Source: Octopus sinensis
Taxonomy: Eukaryota
Assembly: GCF_006345805.1 (NCBI RefSeq)
Contig: NC_042999.1
Location: 89,094,001 to 89,158,000 of the forward strand
DNA length: 64,000 bases
Direction: 5' to 3'
Part shown: piece by piece, positions 1 to 12,639 of the stretch
Layout: every line of letters starts with the position of its first letter
How positions within the stretch are numbered: the stretch's first letter is position 1
The notes under the pieces: generated by a model
The model's input: only the letters and a program-made list of their open reading frames with translations
What the model was told of the DNA's origin: nothing
The model's database searches: none
Position numbers and translations under genes: made by a program

Positions 1-139
1 CATGTATCTAAAGCAAAATTTTTTTCAGGAGCCCTTAAATTACTATTGTGGATGCCCAATTTACTGTTTTACTGTGTGGACCCACAAAAATCTTATATGG
101 ACCCTCAATGGCTGTATGGGCGCCGGTTGAGAACTACTG
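1..139. mobile_element. Terminal fragment of a hAT (Charlie/Buster-like) DNA transposon or MITE running off the window start
   Basis: Ends in GGTTGAGAACTACTG (reverse complement CAGTAGTTCTCAACC, a Charlie-type TIR), followed by CCTTAGAG, an 8-mer with the central TA typical of Buster-type target sites. The other end is outside the window. Confidence 0.6.
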
Positions 140-399
140 CCTTAGAGGATTCATAAAAAGATGAAATGTTCCTCAATTTATGGGCTGCCTTGCAAGGCTT
201 AACAAGTTTTCCCTCGGAGGAAAGCTATAAGATGTTTAAGGACGGGTCAGTGCTTAGACCGATATTCATGAATCCCTCCTTGATTGTTCGGACTCCAGAC
301 TGATGTACAGACTAAGCCCAGCCGTTTTATAGGTGCTGCTTTTGTGTGTGTGCGCACACCCACACCCACACACCTACACGCGCATGCTGCAGGTAAAGT

Positions 400-960
400 T
401 TGAAATGGAGACGGGTGTTAAAGATCTCGTGTCTTGTCCTATATAAACGGGAGATGACGATGCAATATTTGCATAGTAGAGTGGGCAAGGTTCCTTAAAA
501 ACTCGCTGGACCCGGGATCACTCTTAAACTCAAGACACGAGATTTACAGCTCTTGCTCCCATTTCAAACACAACCTACTGCAGGCTTGGGATTCCCCGCT
601 CATCGATTAGGACTGTAAAATGTACTTGCAGACCGGACCCAGCCTAGGGTGGAGTTTCTCTGTTCACTCTTTAGGCCCATAAGATCTACCAACCGGACTG
701 GTCTAAAAGAGATAACTCGTCCTGTTTAAGACTCAGGCAGGGTATATTACTCGTTTGTTTACAAATTAACTAACTGTAACGGTTTACTACCTCCAGATTG
801 AAGTGAGGTTATATGTCTGAGCTCATTGGAGTCTGACGAGTCGTCTATAAAGCTAAGCGCTTTATGGATGCGAAACTATTGGTCTTTCTATGACCGATAT
901 ATATTTAACTTCATCAAAATATATTACTACTCCAACTTTTAGAATGTGCTTCTTTTTGGG
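400..960 (+). mobile_element. Degenerate Penelope-like element 3' fragment (GIY-YIG remnant plus terminal repeat with hammerhead)
   Basis: Stop-ridden frame reads GVKDLVSCP..SGQGSLKTRW..H..FTALA/SHF, resembling GIY-YIG 'GVVY..C..YIG.T.RSLKTR..EH'. It is followed by a hammerhead motif at 823-893. Confidence 0.4.
823..893 (+). ncRNA. Type I hammerhead ribozyme-like motif with intact core
   Basis: CTGACGA 833-839; helix II of 12 bp with wobbles (CGTCTATAAAGC/GCTTTATGGATG) closed by G840-C871; GAAA 872-875; GTC 882-884. Helix I (823-832/885-893) is imperfect. Confidence 0.65.
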
Positions 961-979
961 ATATAAGGTTCACTGACAA

Positions 980-1070
<91 letters not shown>

Positions 1071-1074
1071 CATA

Positions 1075-1474
1075 TTCTTTTATTCTTTTACTTGTTTCTG
1101 ATTCAGTCATTTGACTGCGGCCATGTTGGAGTACCGCCTTAAAGAGTTTTTAGTCGCAAAAATCGACCCCAGGACTTATTCTTTGTACTTATTCTTTTGC
1201 CGAACCGATAAGTTACGGGGACGTAAACACACCAGCATCGCTTGTCAAGCGATGGTGATGGTGGTGGGACAAACATAGACACAAAGACACACACACATAA
1301 ATATATACATATACTTACGTGCTTCTTTCTGTTTCCGCCTACCAAATCCACTCACAAGGCTTTGGTGTGCCCGAGACTATTATAGAAGACACTTACCCAA
1401 GGTACCACGCAGTGGAACTGAACCCGGAGCCATGTGGTAGGAAAGCAAACTTCTTACCACGCAACCACACCTAT
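1075..1474 (-). mobile_element. tRNA-derived SINE, family A (CORE-like domain; octopus OR-type)
   Basis: Near-full copy: tRNA-like head at the right end, CORE-like CCTTGGGTAAGTGTCTTCTA on the minus strand, internal (TG)n, and a 3' tail ending AGTAAAAGAATAAAAG. Several homologous copies occur in the window. Confidence 0.85.
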
Positions 1475-1996
1475 ACACACATACATATGTAAGGAGAGTG
1501 AGAGAGAGAGAGAGATACATACATATACATTTTATACATTTATATACACATACACACGCATTTATCCATTTATTTATACATACATACATACATACATACA
1601 TGTATATATAAAATTTTCAGGATTCAGGAGAATCATGTACTTAAATAGCAAAGCACCAAGGTCAGGTCGGTGATAGCGCTATCGTGAATAAACAATGTAG
1701 AACAAATGCGTACTCGCTAAAGTAAAAACGGATTTGTACTGCGGTTGCACGTACATTTACAAATGGCTGGCTGAAAACAGAACGAGTTGTCAAGGTTACA
1801 CATGGATACACTCACTGCACCTATTGCGCCGTACTCTATAGACTCTAGATCCAAACGAATTGCAGGTTCCAAGTTAAGTGAAGGATAAACAAATAACAAC
1901 AGATGAATTTTGTGTGTGTGTGTGTGTTTTTGTGTGCGTGTATGTGTAAATGCCTGTGTGTGTGCTTGTGTGTGTGTGTGTGTAAATGCGTGTGTG

Positions 1997-2200
1997 TATT
2001 CTTTTATTTGCTTCAGCCATTTGATGCGGCCATGCTGGAGGACCACCTTTAGTCGAACAAATCGACCCCAAGACTTATTCTTTGAAAGCCTACTACTTAT
2101 CCTATCGAATCTTTTGCCAAACCGCTAAGTCACGGGGAGGTAAACATACCAACACCGGTTGTCAAGCGTTGGCGGGGGGACAAATACAGACAAAAAGACA

Positions 2201-2275
<75 letters not shown>

Positions 2276-2490
2276 TTACTTGACTTTGTGTTTGTCCCCA
2301 ACTCCTTTACTATTTGATAACCGGTGTTGGCTTGTTTAAATCCCTGTAACTTAGCGGTTCGAAAAACCAATAGAATAAGTACCAAACTTAAATATAAGTA
2401 CTGGGGGGGGGGGCGATTCATTCGACTATTCCCTTTGAGGCTTTGCCCCAGCATCGACGCAGCCTTATGACTGACACGAGTAAAAGGTGA
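1997..2490. mobile_element. Two family-A SINE 3' halves in inverted orientation (1997-2200 minus; 2282-2490 plus) around a (CA)n(TA)n tract
   Basis: Both arms match the 3' half of the 1075-1474 SINE and are diverged reverse complements of each other. Confidence 0.8.
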
Positions 2491-2648
2491 AAGATAAACA
2501 GATAATATATATACTTACACACACACACACTCTCTCTCTCTCTCGCACGCACACATATTTCCGTAATATTATTAATCATCTATTTGTAGGATTCATCTAT
2601 GCACACACACACACACACATACATACATACATACATACATACATACAT

Positions 2649-2711
<63 letters not shown>

Positions 2712-3379
2712 GCATACATACGACTGTATGTATGTATGTTTTTATGTATGTAAAGTGTAAATATGGTCATTAAATTATAGCGAAGCAGTGTAAAGTTACT
2801 TAAACTTAAATTGAGATGTATTTCTTTTCCATAAACTTATGCTGTAAACTCTGACATATTAAAATATAATTATCATTAATATCTTCAAAATTTTCATCAG
2901 CCACATCCTGTCTTCCAACTATCAGTGTGTGTATCAGTTTATATGTGTGAGTATGTGAATACAAATGTGTATGTGCGTGTGTGCGTGTGTGTGTGTTTGT
3001 GTTCTATGTAGCTATATACGCTCTCGTTTATAAGTGTATGGGTGAGGGGGTGTATACATATGTATAAACTAGATTACTAAACTGTTCAGTAATTTCTTGG
3101 CCGGATTGTTAAAAAAAGATTACCTTTTAGAATAATCCGAAAAACTTTCAATGAATTTTTATATTTTCTTGTTATATTTATTTATTTTTAATCTCTGCCT
3201 AATGCCTAGACTGGTCGCCATTGTTATTGTTGAATGATATGCCGCTTGAAGTATATACTTACATCGCATTAACATGTTTTGGGTTATTTCCAACATTATC
3301 CGCCGGGCTGGCCCCTCTCCGTGGGCGAAGAGAAAGCGACGGGTCCGTAGCCGGTTTCCTCCTAACGCCCTGATATTAG

Positions 3380-3600
3380 GCGCCAGTCTGTATCGTCTGC
3401 CCCACTGAAATCGAATCTAGACGGTGCGAAAAATTATTGAACAAAATACTTGAAAAGCTTCCAAATCATTTTCACCAGCACATTTGCCAGTGTAAAGCAA
3501 ACATTCTAACAAATTTTAGGTTGGCCGGCGTCTGTTTTATAATCAGGCATACTCCTTCCATCTGCTTAGACACCGGGCCTCCATTTGACTTGTACAGTTA
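3380..3600 (+). pseudogene. Possible Penelope-like ORF N-terminal fragment
   Basis: Open frame without ATG: APVCIVCPTEIESRRCEKLLNKILEKLPNHFHQHICQCKANILTNFRL, reminiscent of PLE N-termini (H..F...C....I.P.GFRL). Weak similarity only. Confidence 0.25.
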
Positions 3601-4329
3601 ACACACGGCCAATTCACTGTCTCTAGTCTATTCATTCTTTTAGTCATAGCATTGCTCATTACCTCCACCATCTTCTCGTCTCGCCTTCTTTCTTCTTTCC
3701 AACCTCTCTGTATATCAATCTATCTCTCTTTCTCTCTAGTTTACTTACTTTACAATCTATCTCATTCGCTTGTCTACATTCTTACTATCATTATCTACAT
3801 TCTCTGCTTGTATTTATTTTTATTTTTATTTATATCCTGGTGTATATTCGTCATTGTCTATTTTCTTATTATTTTCCTATATGTTTAGCTTTCTCTGAAT
3901 CACTTTCATTGACTGCATTATATAGTTTCATTCAGTTGTTGACTTGTTAAATTTTGTCTAAACATTTTCCTTTCGATTCCAATCTAAGTTGTTCATTTTC
4001 TTCTTGGCGTCATTTACATTATTAACTTCTTGCAACTTTTTAAAACATATTTTTTAAATTTCCATTTTTAGGTTGGCTGGCAAATTTGAATAATATTGAA
4101 ACTAATTCCTTGAGACGGTGGGTAGCCGGGTAACCAAAAATGTGTTTAAGACTTTCAAATTCTTTTAAACTGGAAGATGGAGGTATATTTAGTGAGGCTG
4201 ATATACTTGCATGTGCGTGCACACACATGTGTGTGCGTACGTGCGTGCGTGTATTTGTGGCAAATATATGTGTATGTGCAAAATAAAGGAAAATGCATCC
4301 ATTAAGAATAAATTTTTTAAATAATTTCC

Positions 4330-5266
4330 AGTCTTTTTCAACTTATACAAATCATCTAGCTGTACGTGGGCGTGCATTATCGTGCAACAATAACACTTGC
4401 TATGATAACAGACTCGGCGTTTGGTGGGAATTGCTGGTTTCAGTTTATTGGTCAGCATTTCACTGTAGCCTACACTAGTGACTGTAGACTCCCTTTCCCA
4501 AGTAATGTTCCAGTATAGGCCTTTTTTGCATCCTAGAAAACAGTTTGCATCACTTTTTCTCTGGAAGTTTGAGTCTTGAATTTCTTTTTCGTTAACGATC
4601 CCGGATGCTTCTATTACACACTCTGCCATTTGGATTCTGGCTCAAAGTCAAGGACCCAGGTCTCATCTCCTGTGGCTATTCTCTCCTATAAAGCTTAGCC
4701 TTCACCGTTGCAGCGGTCAAATAAACGTTGACAGACCTCCAGACGATTGTACTTATGCTCTTCAGTAACCTCTCCTGGCACCCATCTCGCACAGGCTTTA
4801 CGAAAGCAAAGTTTGTCGTGGATGATTCCGTATACAAAAAACATTGCCACCTCATCGATGACTACTCGTCAGTTCACCAGAATCATCTCTCGTGCTTGTT
4901 AATTCTTCACGCTAGTGGTGGAGGTTAATGGGCGCCCTGCTCCCTCTTTATGCATCAAGCTCGTCCAACCATTTTAAAACTTCTCGATTCACTCATACAC
5001 ACTACATCTACACGGTAGATAGCTGTCGCATAGTATACTGAAAGCCTGTGATGAATTTCAGACCTTGACACGTTTTCAGACCAGAGAAATCGGGTCACAA
5101 AACTATGTTCTTCCTTGGACCAGACTGCTAGCGGACCGGAGTGGTCAAGGTCAACCTTCGATTACGTAACCATAAGAGGGTCATTTTAGCACGAATTCTG
5201 AAGAGAGTGCAAGCAACCTAATGTTCTGATGATGAAAGTGCGGATACTTTTTGGTTTCCCCTCTTA
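4330..5266 (-). mobile_element. Decayed mariner (DD34D) transposon with internal deletion
   Basis: Minus-strand motifs FRKACARWVP, IATGDETWV, SEMLTNKLKPAI, VLLLHDNARP; terminal repeat TAAGAGGGGAAACCAAAAAGTATCCG at about 5241-5266. Multiple frameshifts and stops. Confidence 0.9.
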
Positions 5267-5346
5267 TGTGTGTTTGTGGATGTGCTTGTATATATACATA
5301 CATATATATGTATGTATGTATAGATATATTTATATATGTATATATG

Positions 5347-5384
<38 letters not shown>

Positions 5385-5409
5385 CATATATATATATTAT
5401 ATATATATA

Positions 5410-5462
<53 letters not shown>

Positions 5463-5501
5463 CACACATATATATATATATGTATGCATATATATATATG
5501 T

Positions 5502-5537
<36 letters not shown>

Positions 5538-5646
5538 GTGTGTTTGTGGATGTGCTTGTATATATACATACATATATATGTATGTATGTATAGATATATT
5601 TATATATGTATATGTATGTATATATATATATATATATATATATGTA

Positions 5647-5687
<41 letters not shown>

Positions 5688-5736
5688 TATATGTACACAC
5701 ACACATATATATATATGTATGCATATATATATATGT

Positions 5737-5775
<39 letters not shown>

Positions 5776-5780
5776 CATAC

Positions 5781-5813
<33 letters not shown>

Positions 5814-5815
5814 TG

Positions 5816-5908
<93 letters not shown>

Positions 5909-5947
5909 CACACATATATATATATGTATGCATATATATATATATGT

Positions 5948-5988
<41 letters not shown>

Positions 5989-6075
5989 CATCCATACATA
6001 CATATATACATACATACATACATGTGTGTGTGCATGTGTGTGTGAGAGAAAGAGAGAAAGAGAGAGACAGAGAGA
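5267..6075. repeat. Compound (TA)n/(CA)n/(TATG)n microsatellite with higher-order duplicated blocks
   Basis: Marker ATGTGTGTTTGTGGATGTGCTTG at about 5266 and 5536; a TGTATGCA..TGTACACAC module recurs three times. Source of the YI-rich ORFs. Confidence 0.9.
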
Positions 6076-7077
6076 GGAAGAAAGAGAGTGCTAATATGTA
6101 TTCATCCTTGTTCCTCAATCTCTCCATATAATTTTATTTTCATGAATACAAATACATTTATATGCATACACACACATGTAAACATGAATGCACGTATACA
6201 AATGCACGCACACAGGCTAACAAACGGTATGCAATGAAATATCTAAACAACGCAAGTCAGAATTTATTAGGTATTGTTTCCTGAATTGCTGATTATTTGA
6301 TGTTATTTCATAGAACGAATTTCAGTGTTTTTGTATTTAAATCAACTTCCTTTGTACAAGCCAGCTGTAATTACAATATCGCACCGGATGACCTATTGAA
6401 GTATTTTGTGTGAGTGTGAGGAGAGTTATGCCGCTTGGCATTGAATAAGTCTTGCAGATTATAATATAACTTAACGGTTGAGATAACTGGCATAAGGACG
6501 TGACACAAGCAAAGAAATGTGGAAAGTGATCAGCATGAACTTGAAAGACAGACGCTGATATGAATTAATAACTAACGACAACGGAGCCTAATACTTCAAA
6601 AGTAAGAATCTTGGGTCACTTAGGATTTAATACATTACATATGTAGTTCAGATAATTTTTTTTTCTATAAGATTTTGCGAATGACAAAACGAGTTTCCAG
6701 GTTAGGATTCTTTTGTGGAAAGCTCTTGTGTCATGATAACTTTTTTCCTTTTCCTGCTATTTTGAATTGACTTTCTAAACGAGGCGCCATTTTTTTTACC
6801 CCTCTTTGTCCCATTTTAATTCATTAAATCTTCTCTCTCCTTCTCTCTGCTTTCTCTCAGCATTTTTGCATTGATCAGTCTTTTATCTTCATTTTCCTTT
6901 CTCTGCTGTCTATCATTCCCCATATTTCTTTCGCGTTTAACTGACTCATCCCTTCTATCAACTCATAAAAGATACATGCATCAGGGTACATGTTTGTGTA
7001 TTTATATACATGTGTGTGCATATGCATATATACATGTGTGTGTGTGTGCGTGTCTGTATGTACGTTATGCATGTATG

Positions 7078-7131
<54 letters not shown>

Positions 7132-7288
7132 TGAGAAAGTTGGTGGGTAAAAGCACGTCGTTGAATATATAGAAAATATTAAAAAGTGAAAAAACTACAC
7201 AAGGCTTGTTTTAAAAGGTTAAAAAATATATATTTGAGTCAATATGTCTGAAGAATGTTATAAATTTTTTTTCATACAGACATAGTTT

Positions 7289-7780
7289 TTGAAGGCAAAA
7301 TTGTTTTCTGAAATTACGGATGCAAAAGTAAAAAAATGTGGTACACCGAACTGTGCAACATGTCCAAACCTGCTAGAAGGATCAGAATTCCTCTTCAAAG
7401 AGGGACAGAAATTCAAGATCAAATCTAATTTTACTTGTGCCTCTGAAAACATAATTTATGTCATAAAATTTTCGGGCTGCCACCAAGACTATGTGGGGTC
7501 CAAGGGACTATCACTCAGATGTAGATGCACACTGCATCGACAACAGATTGCATTCCCAGAATACATAATGATACCCTTTAGTGAGCACATTGAGAAATGC
7601 GCAAAGCAACTACTACCACAATTTTTAATCTTTCCATTTTACCAATGTGCTATCGGAACACCAACACAAATTAGACTAAACAAGGAAACATTCTTCATTG
7701 AAAAATACAAGCCCAAACTTAACCATTCCAACATACTTATACAGAGAAATTCACTCCAAAAGAAAGGCAAAAAATTTTAA
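7289..7780 (+). CDS. GIY-YIG endonuclease domain of a Penelope-like element (truncated, no RT)
   Basis: CGTPNCATC..FTCASENIIYVI..CHQDYVGSKGLSLRCR..LH..FSEH..R..KE.FFI.KYKPKLN matches the PLE GIY-YIG pattern with the CxxC/H/H zinc motif. Frame open for 163 aa. Confidence 0.85.
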   Translation: MKAKLFSEITDAKVKKCGTPNCATCPNLLEGSEFLFKEGQKFKIKSNFTCASENIIYVIKFSGCHQDYVGSKGLSLRCRCTLHRQQIAFPEYIMIPFSEHIEKCAKQLLPQFLIFPFYQCAIGTPTQIRLNKETFFIEKYKPKLNHSNILIQRNSLQKKGKKF

Positions 7781-7889
7781 GCGATTATCTCCCTTACACC
7801 GGAAGAAATCACTTATTACCTCCTCTTATTTGGAACTCCTCTCAACATAAACATAACGATAACTCTTCTCAACGTAAACATAACGATGT

Positions 7890-7929
7890 AAGAAATTTGA
7901 AAAGCTGAACGCGAAACCGGTCATTTCTT
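7890..7929 (+). ncRNA. Degenerate minimal hammerhead in PLE terminal repeat
   Basis: Helix I AAGAAAT/ATTTCTT (7 bp, perfect); core TTGAAAA (CTGAAGA with two transitions); helix II GC-TGAAC-GC; GAAA-CCGG-TC with palindromic ACCGGT. Confidence 0.6.
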
Positions 7930-8069
7930 CAAAAATTATGTCATTGTATGAAAAAAATTTATAACATTCTTCAGACATATTGACTCAAATATATATTTTT
8001 TAACCTTTTAAAACAAGCCTTCTGTAGTTTTTTCACTTTTTACTATTTTATATATATATATGAAAATAT

Positions 8070-8340
8070 AATTGTTAAAGACGACAGTAAACATTAAGGC
8101 ATGGCAAACATCTCAAGTCGTATACAATATTATTATAGGAATTCTTTCTTTCCATCTCCTTAATCTTTTACTCCCTTTCTCTATGTCATCATCTCATTAT
8201 TATATACCATTCTCATTTTCCCTATTTCCTCCCCTATTTGTCTCTAATGACGGAATATCCCATACTCGGGGATATCCCAGAAACAGCTGTAAGATTTTGA
8301 ATTTCTTCCTATAATAATATTATATACAACTTGAGATTTT
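8070..8340 (+). mobile_element. Second PLE-type 3' terminal fragment containing a degenerate hammerhead (8238-8295)
   Basis: Pyrimidine-rich stretch, then CTAATGA 8244-8250, stem GGAATATCCC/GGGATATCCC, GAAA 8280-8283, palindromic ACAGCTGT and a GTA triplet. Confidence 0.55.
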
Positions 8341-8519
8341 TTGCCTTGCCTTAATGCTTGCTTGTCCTGTTTAACTGCTATATATCCGCTGCATCGGAAA
8401 TTTGCAACTGCTCCATAACTACCGTTTCGGCAATAACCTTAGAGCCTTAGTAATCTGTTACAGCACTTACCTAGCGTACCTAATGGCTTATATCACCTGT
8501 GAACTAAACACCCATACTT

Positions 8520-8562
<43 letters not shown>

Positions 8563-9794
8563 AGTGAGAGATAGAGAGAGAGAGTGAGAGAGAAGAGAAA
8601 GAAATGAAAGGTTGAAAATGCACCTACTAGTTATTAAAACTGTTTATTTACACTCGCTTAATCAGGTTCACAATTTCGTGATTTGCAAAAGCAGTATGAA
8701 ATGCAAAAACCCAAAGTGATGCCGTATTTATATGGTGTCATATTACTTTTGGAAAGCATAAAATTGTTAAATATCTAACTATTTTCATGCACGCACCTAC
8801 GCAGGCGCGCACACACACACGCACACACACACACACACACGTCCACACACATATATAATCGTTAGTCCGACAAATTATCTTTGTTACGTCTATAGCTCTA
8901 CAAGAATTAAAGATTAACAATTATGGATTAAATATTTTATTCATTCTCAAACTTATTAAATACACTTCTCATTTCTAAGAGGTGGGACATAAATTGCTTG
9001 GCCTTTTCACCCTTTGGAACATACATACTTACGCACGCACACACACACACACACACAAATACCACCCAACACCACACATACGCACACGCATACACATGCA
9101 CGCGTGCACACACACACACATGACACACAAACAAACAAATACACACACATACACAAACAAGCACTCACACGCATGTGTTCCCAAGACTACTCTGACCTGA
9201 AGTAGTAGCAGCCGTCCGGGTCCCAGCTCTGGATTACCTGGCATATTTGGTAACAATCTGTCTGAGTGCAGAGACGCAGAAAGACCCTTGATTGGTGAGA
9301 AAATGCTGATGCCACATCTTTCTAGGAAAGAGACACTCTGACGTAAAACTCTTTCTAGGAAAGAGACACTCTGACACTGTTATGTTAACTTGTTTCGGCC
9401 TATCACTATGTACTAACCAAGAAAACTCAGAGAGTGATACGCGTGTTGTACAAGCGTTTATCACTGTAATTCAATCAGGAACAGAAGTGGTAATCTCATT
9501 TGTCATTCCATCTATTGAAAGTCCTATGGCGGCGGAAGAGTGACTACGTACGCAGACCTAACCAGTTAGAGGCGATCAGCGAGGTACAACAATCGTTTGT
9601 TACGTGTGCTTCAAATCATGCAGATTTGCAGAAAGATTGAATAGTCATCTGAAATGTCATGGGCGGAAAGTCAGAAATATCATTGATAAAGAGAAGGCAC
9701 AAGGAGACGGTTATCATCTGGATGATTACCGTTCCCTTGTTTTTTCTCTTAGAAGCAATCTCTTTTTCTCTCTCGCTCCTTCTCCCTCTCTCTA

Positions 9795-9877
<83 letters not shown>

Positions 9878-9947
9878 ACGCCCAAGTCAAAGACATGAGG
9901 TTACATTTACATACACAACTGTATATATATATACATTTGTGTGTGTG

Positions 9948-10015
<68 letters not shown>

Positions 10016-10329
10016 TGTATGTGAGATGTCTCATGAGTGCTACTGGTAACATGGAATCCATGATAACCCGTTGCATGATCGGGTCTCGGCGACTAAACTG
10101 GCACTCCCACTAGCTTGCATGGTGAGGTACGTTGCTAGAAGCCGAGGGATAGAAACAAGACCTGTCAAAAGGACGGATGAACCTAACGTAGTTTCACTGA
10201 GTATCTAGCAATAAACGAGTCCGCAGAAATTCCGGGATGGTGTCCGGCGTACTGGAAGACCGCTGGGAGTAAGGCATCTCTTAACTTTTTCTTTGTTTTT
10301 TTTTTTGTTTTTTTTTTTGAAGCCTATCT

Positions 10330-10790
10330 CTAGGTGAAGATCATTCTAATATAAAAGCAGATATGCAGAGAATGGCACTGAACAACTTGAAGACATTGTT
10401 CTTGCACTTGAGATCATGGTTCTACCATATTCTTGAACTTCTAACCCTTATTGACAATGGATACCTTGACCTGGTTTGTCTCTAGATTATTTCAGTAGAG
10501 TGGAGAGCGTATGTGAGTTGTGCAAGCTTTATTGGACTTAAAATTTTAGGTTGTGCAATATATAGGCCACAAATATGTTCAACTCTTTTTTGTCTATCTC
10601 CCTTGACTACTGAATAGACGTCATCAGCATACAGATGATGCCTATTCAAGGAAAAACAGGTGTCTACGAGTGTCCTCGGATCTCCAGAAATTAAGCGTGT
10701 TCTTTCCTTAATGGTATGTTTCATTGGAGAATTCTGAATTTGTGAGATCATCTCCTTTTCTCAAATAAAGGTTGTTTTGATTTGATCTCA
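10330..10790 (-). pseudogene. Possible degenerate non-LTR reverse transcriptase fragment
   Basis: HLYADD motif in a short minus-strand ORF; no other motif recognised. Confidence 0.25.
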
Positions 10791-10994
10791 GCTGCCATTT
10801 GTAACTGTGACATAGCCTCTAGAGGCGGAGATAACTTTAATAACTCAATAATTTATGCTGTTTGGTATTTGATATATCCGCAGTTGTCATATAAATGCCA
10901 CTGGTCATTCTAACTTATTTATCTTGGCTTAATATTTTTTGCTTAATATTACTAAACCTAGAAACGAAATCGCTTTACTAAATAAATATATCTT

Positions 10995-11381
10995 TATCTT
11001 TTATCTTTTACTCGTTTCAGTCATTAGACTGCGGACATATTGGAGCACTGCCTCGGAAAAGTTTTAGACATATGACTGGACCCTAGTACTTAATTTTGCT
11101 ACACCTGGTACATATTCTATCGCTGTTTTTTGCCGAACCGCTAAGTTATGAGGACGTAAACACACCAACGCCGGTGGTCAATCGGTGGTATTGGGGAACA
11201 AACACAAAGACACACACATATACGACGGGCTTCTTTCAGTTTCCATCTACCAAATTCACTCACTTTGGTCGGTTCGAGGCTATAGTAGAAGACACTCGCC
11301 CAAGGTGCCACACAGTAGAACTGAACCTGGAACTACGTGGTTGAGAAGCAAGCTTCTTACCACCCAACCACGTCTGCGCCT
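10995..11381 (-). mobile_element. SINE family A, near full length
   Basis: Colinear with 1075-1474 (CCCAAGGTGCCACACAGTAGAACTGAACC, GCCGAACCGCTAAGTTA). Confidence 0.85.
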
Positions 11382-12639
11382 ATAAATGAATAAATAAATA
11401 AATAAATAAATAAGAAATGTTTTACCTCTTATTGCAACTGTTAGTGTTGCATTCTGAATTCTACGCTTGTATGTTTTGTGCGTTTATACAGTTTAGGTAA
11501 TACATGCACTGTTATTGCCACTAGCTACCCTAGCTACTACTCTTTGAGTCAAATAACTAAAGCTACGCTTAAATATAATAACTTAACCACCATCCCACAA
11601 CAGTGTAACCTTTAACTAAATTAAAAAGTCATTTATAAATTGCAATTGATATGCTTTTATACCCAAACCTGTAGCGGTTAGTTACTGTTCAGTATATTTA
11701 TATAATTTACATAATGTGAGAATTCTTTCTTAATCATTTGAGTTTTTTAAGCAAGTTGTAATGAATGCATTTAAAATACCCAATTAGAGAGATTAGAATC
11801 AAAAGTAGTGTTGAATATTTTCGCACTTTATCTGAGAAAGAAGGAAACACAACGTATAGAGGTTAAACTAATGATATTATAATGTTTATATTAAAGAGGA
11901 TTTTCACTCTAAGAAAATATTATTAAAGGCAATCCTGAAAATATTTTGGCTTGACCTGAAAGAAATAAATGTGAAATCTTCATAACACTACATTCAATTA
12001 AATATATCATAGAAATTTTAGATTAGTTTTATGTTTGGCGATTACATTTACACATGTACCAATTTTTTTAATTTATTCATATCAAAGAGATAAATTATCA
12101 CAATTTTAAATTTCGTTACGTCGTCTTTTCAAACATTGCATGAACGGTTGTTTTGATTTTGTCCATATTGTTAGATACGACATTGTAGTTTAACACTTAT
12201 GAAAAATCACCTAGACATACAAGTAAAACAAACTTGTTACGGTAGATAATCTCAATCTGCATCCTAAAAACACTCCCGCAAATTTTAATAGCCTCACTGG
12301 CTCCCAAATTCTTTGCTAGGACGCGCAGCAAGTGCAGAGTCCATATTACTCGCTTCCATTGAGACCACCACCAGCATCTCTTGGGTAGTAAAGAGGTAGA
12401 CTAAACGAGGAGTTTCAGTAATATTAATTCATTCACTCTCTGTCTCCCAAAGAATTTCCAGCGTTGCATTATAATGATAAGAGTCAACACAAACGAACGA
12501 ATACTAAACGATTCCTTCCTTCTGAGAGAGACAATACCACAATTTCGTGCTGAACAACCTGTATTGATGATTTTTTTTTTTTAGTGATGAAAGGTTTATG
12601 TTGTGCATTATTTCACTCCTTCCACTAAATCGATACTTC

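Larger units (their letters stand above)
7166..8057 (+). mobile_element. 5'-truncated Penelope-like element: GIY-YIG domain flanked by an inverted copy of its 3' terminal repeat
   Basis: 7166-7294 is the reverse complement of 7927-8057 (about 130 bp, very few differences); the GIY-YIG ORF lies between the arms. Confidence 0.9.

Noticed and set aside
5229-6131. Long ORFs of up to 264 aa rich in YI/HT/CV (also at about 15.5-17 kb, 26.8, 38.8, 44.4, 55.6 and 61.2 kb)
   Set aside because: They are translations of stop-free di-, tri- and tetranucleotide microsatellites, open in several frames and on both strands.
9325-9377. 26-bp direct repeat TCTTTCTAGGAAAGAGACACTCTGAC, and a ~25-bp repeat at 7836-7886
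   Set aside because: Two-copy local duplications with short spacers; not CRISPR-like and common in eukaryotic DNA.
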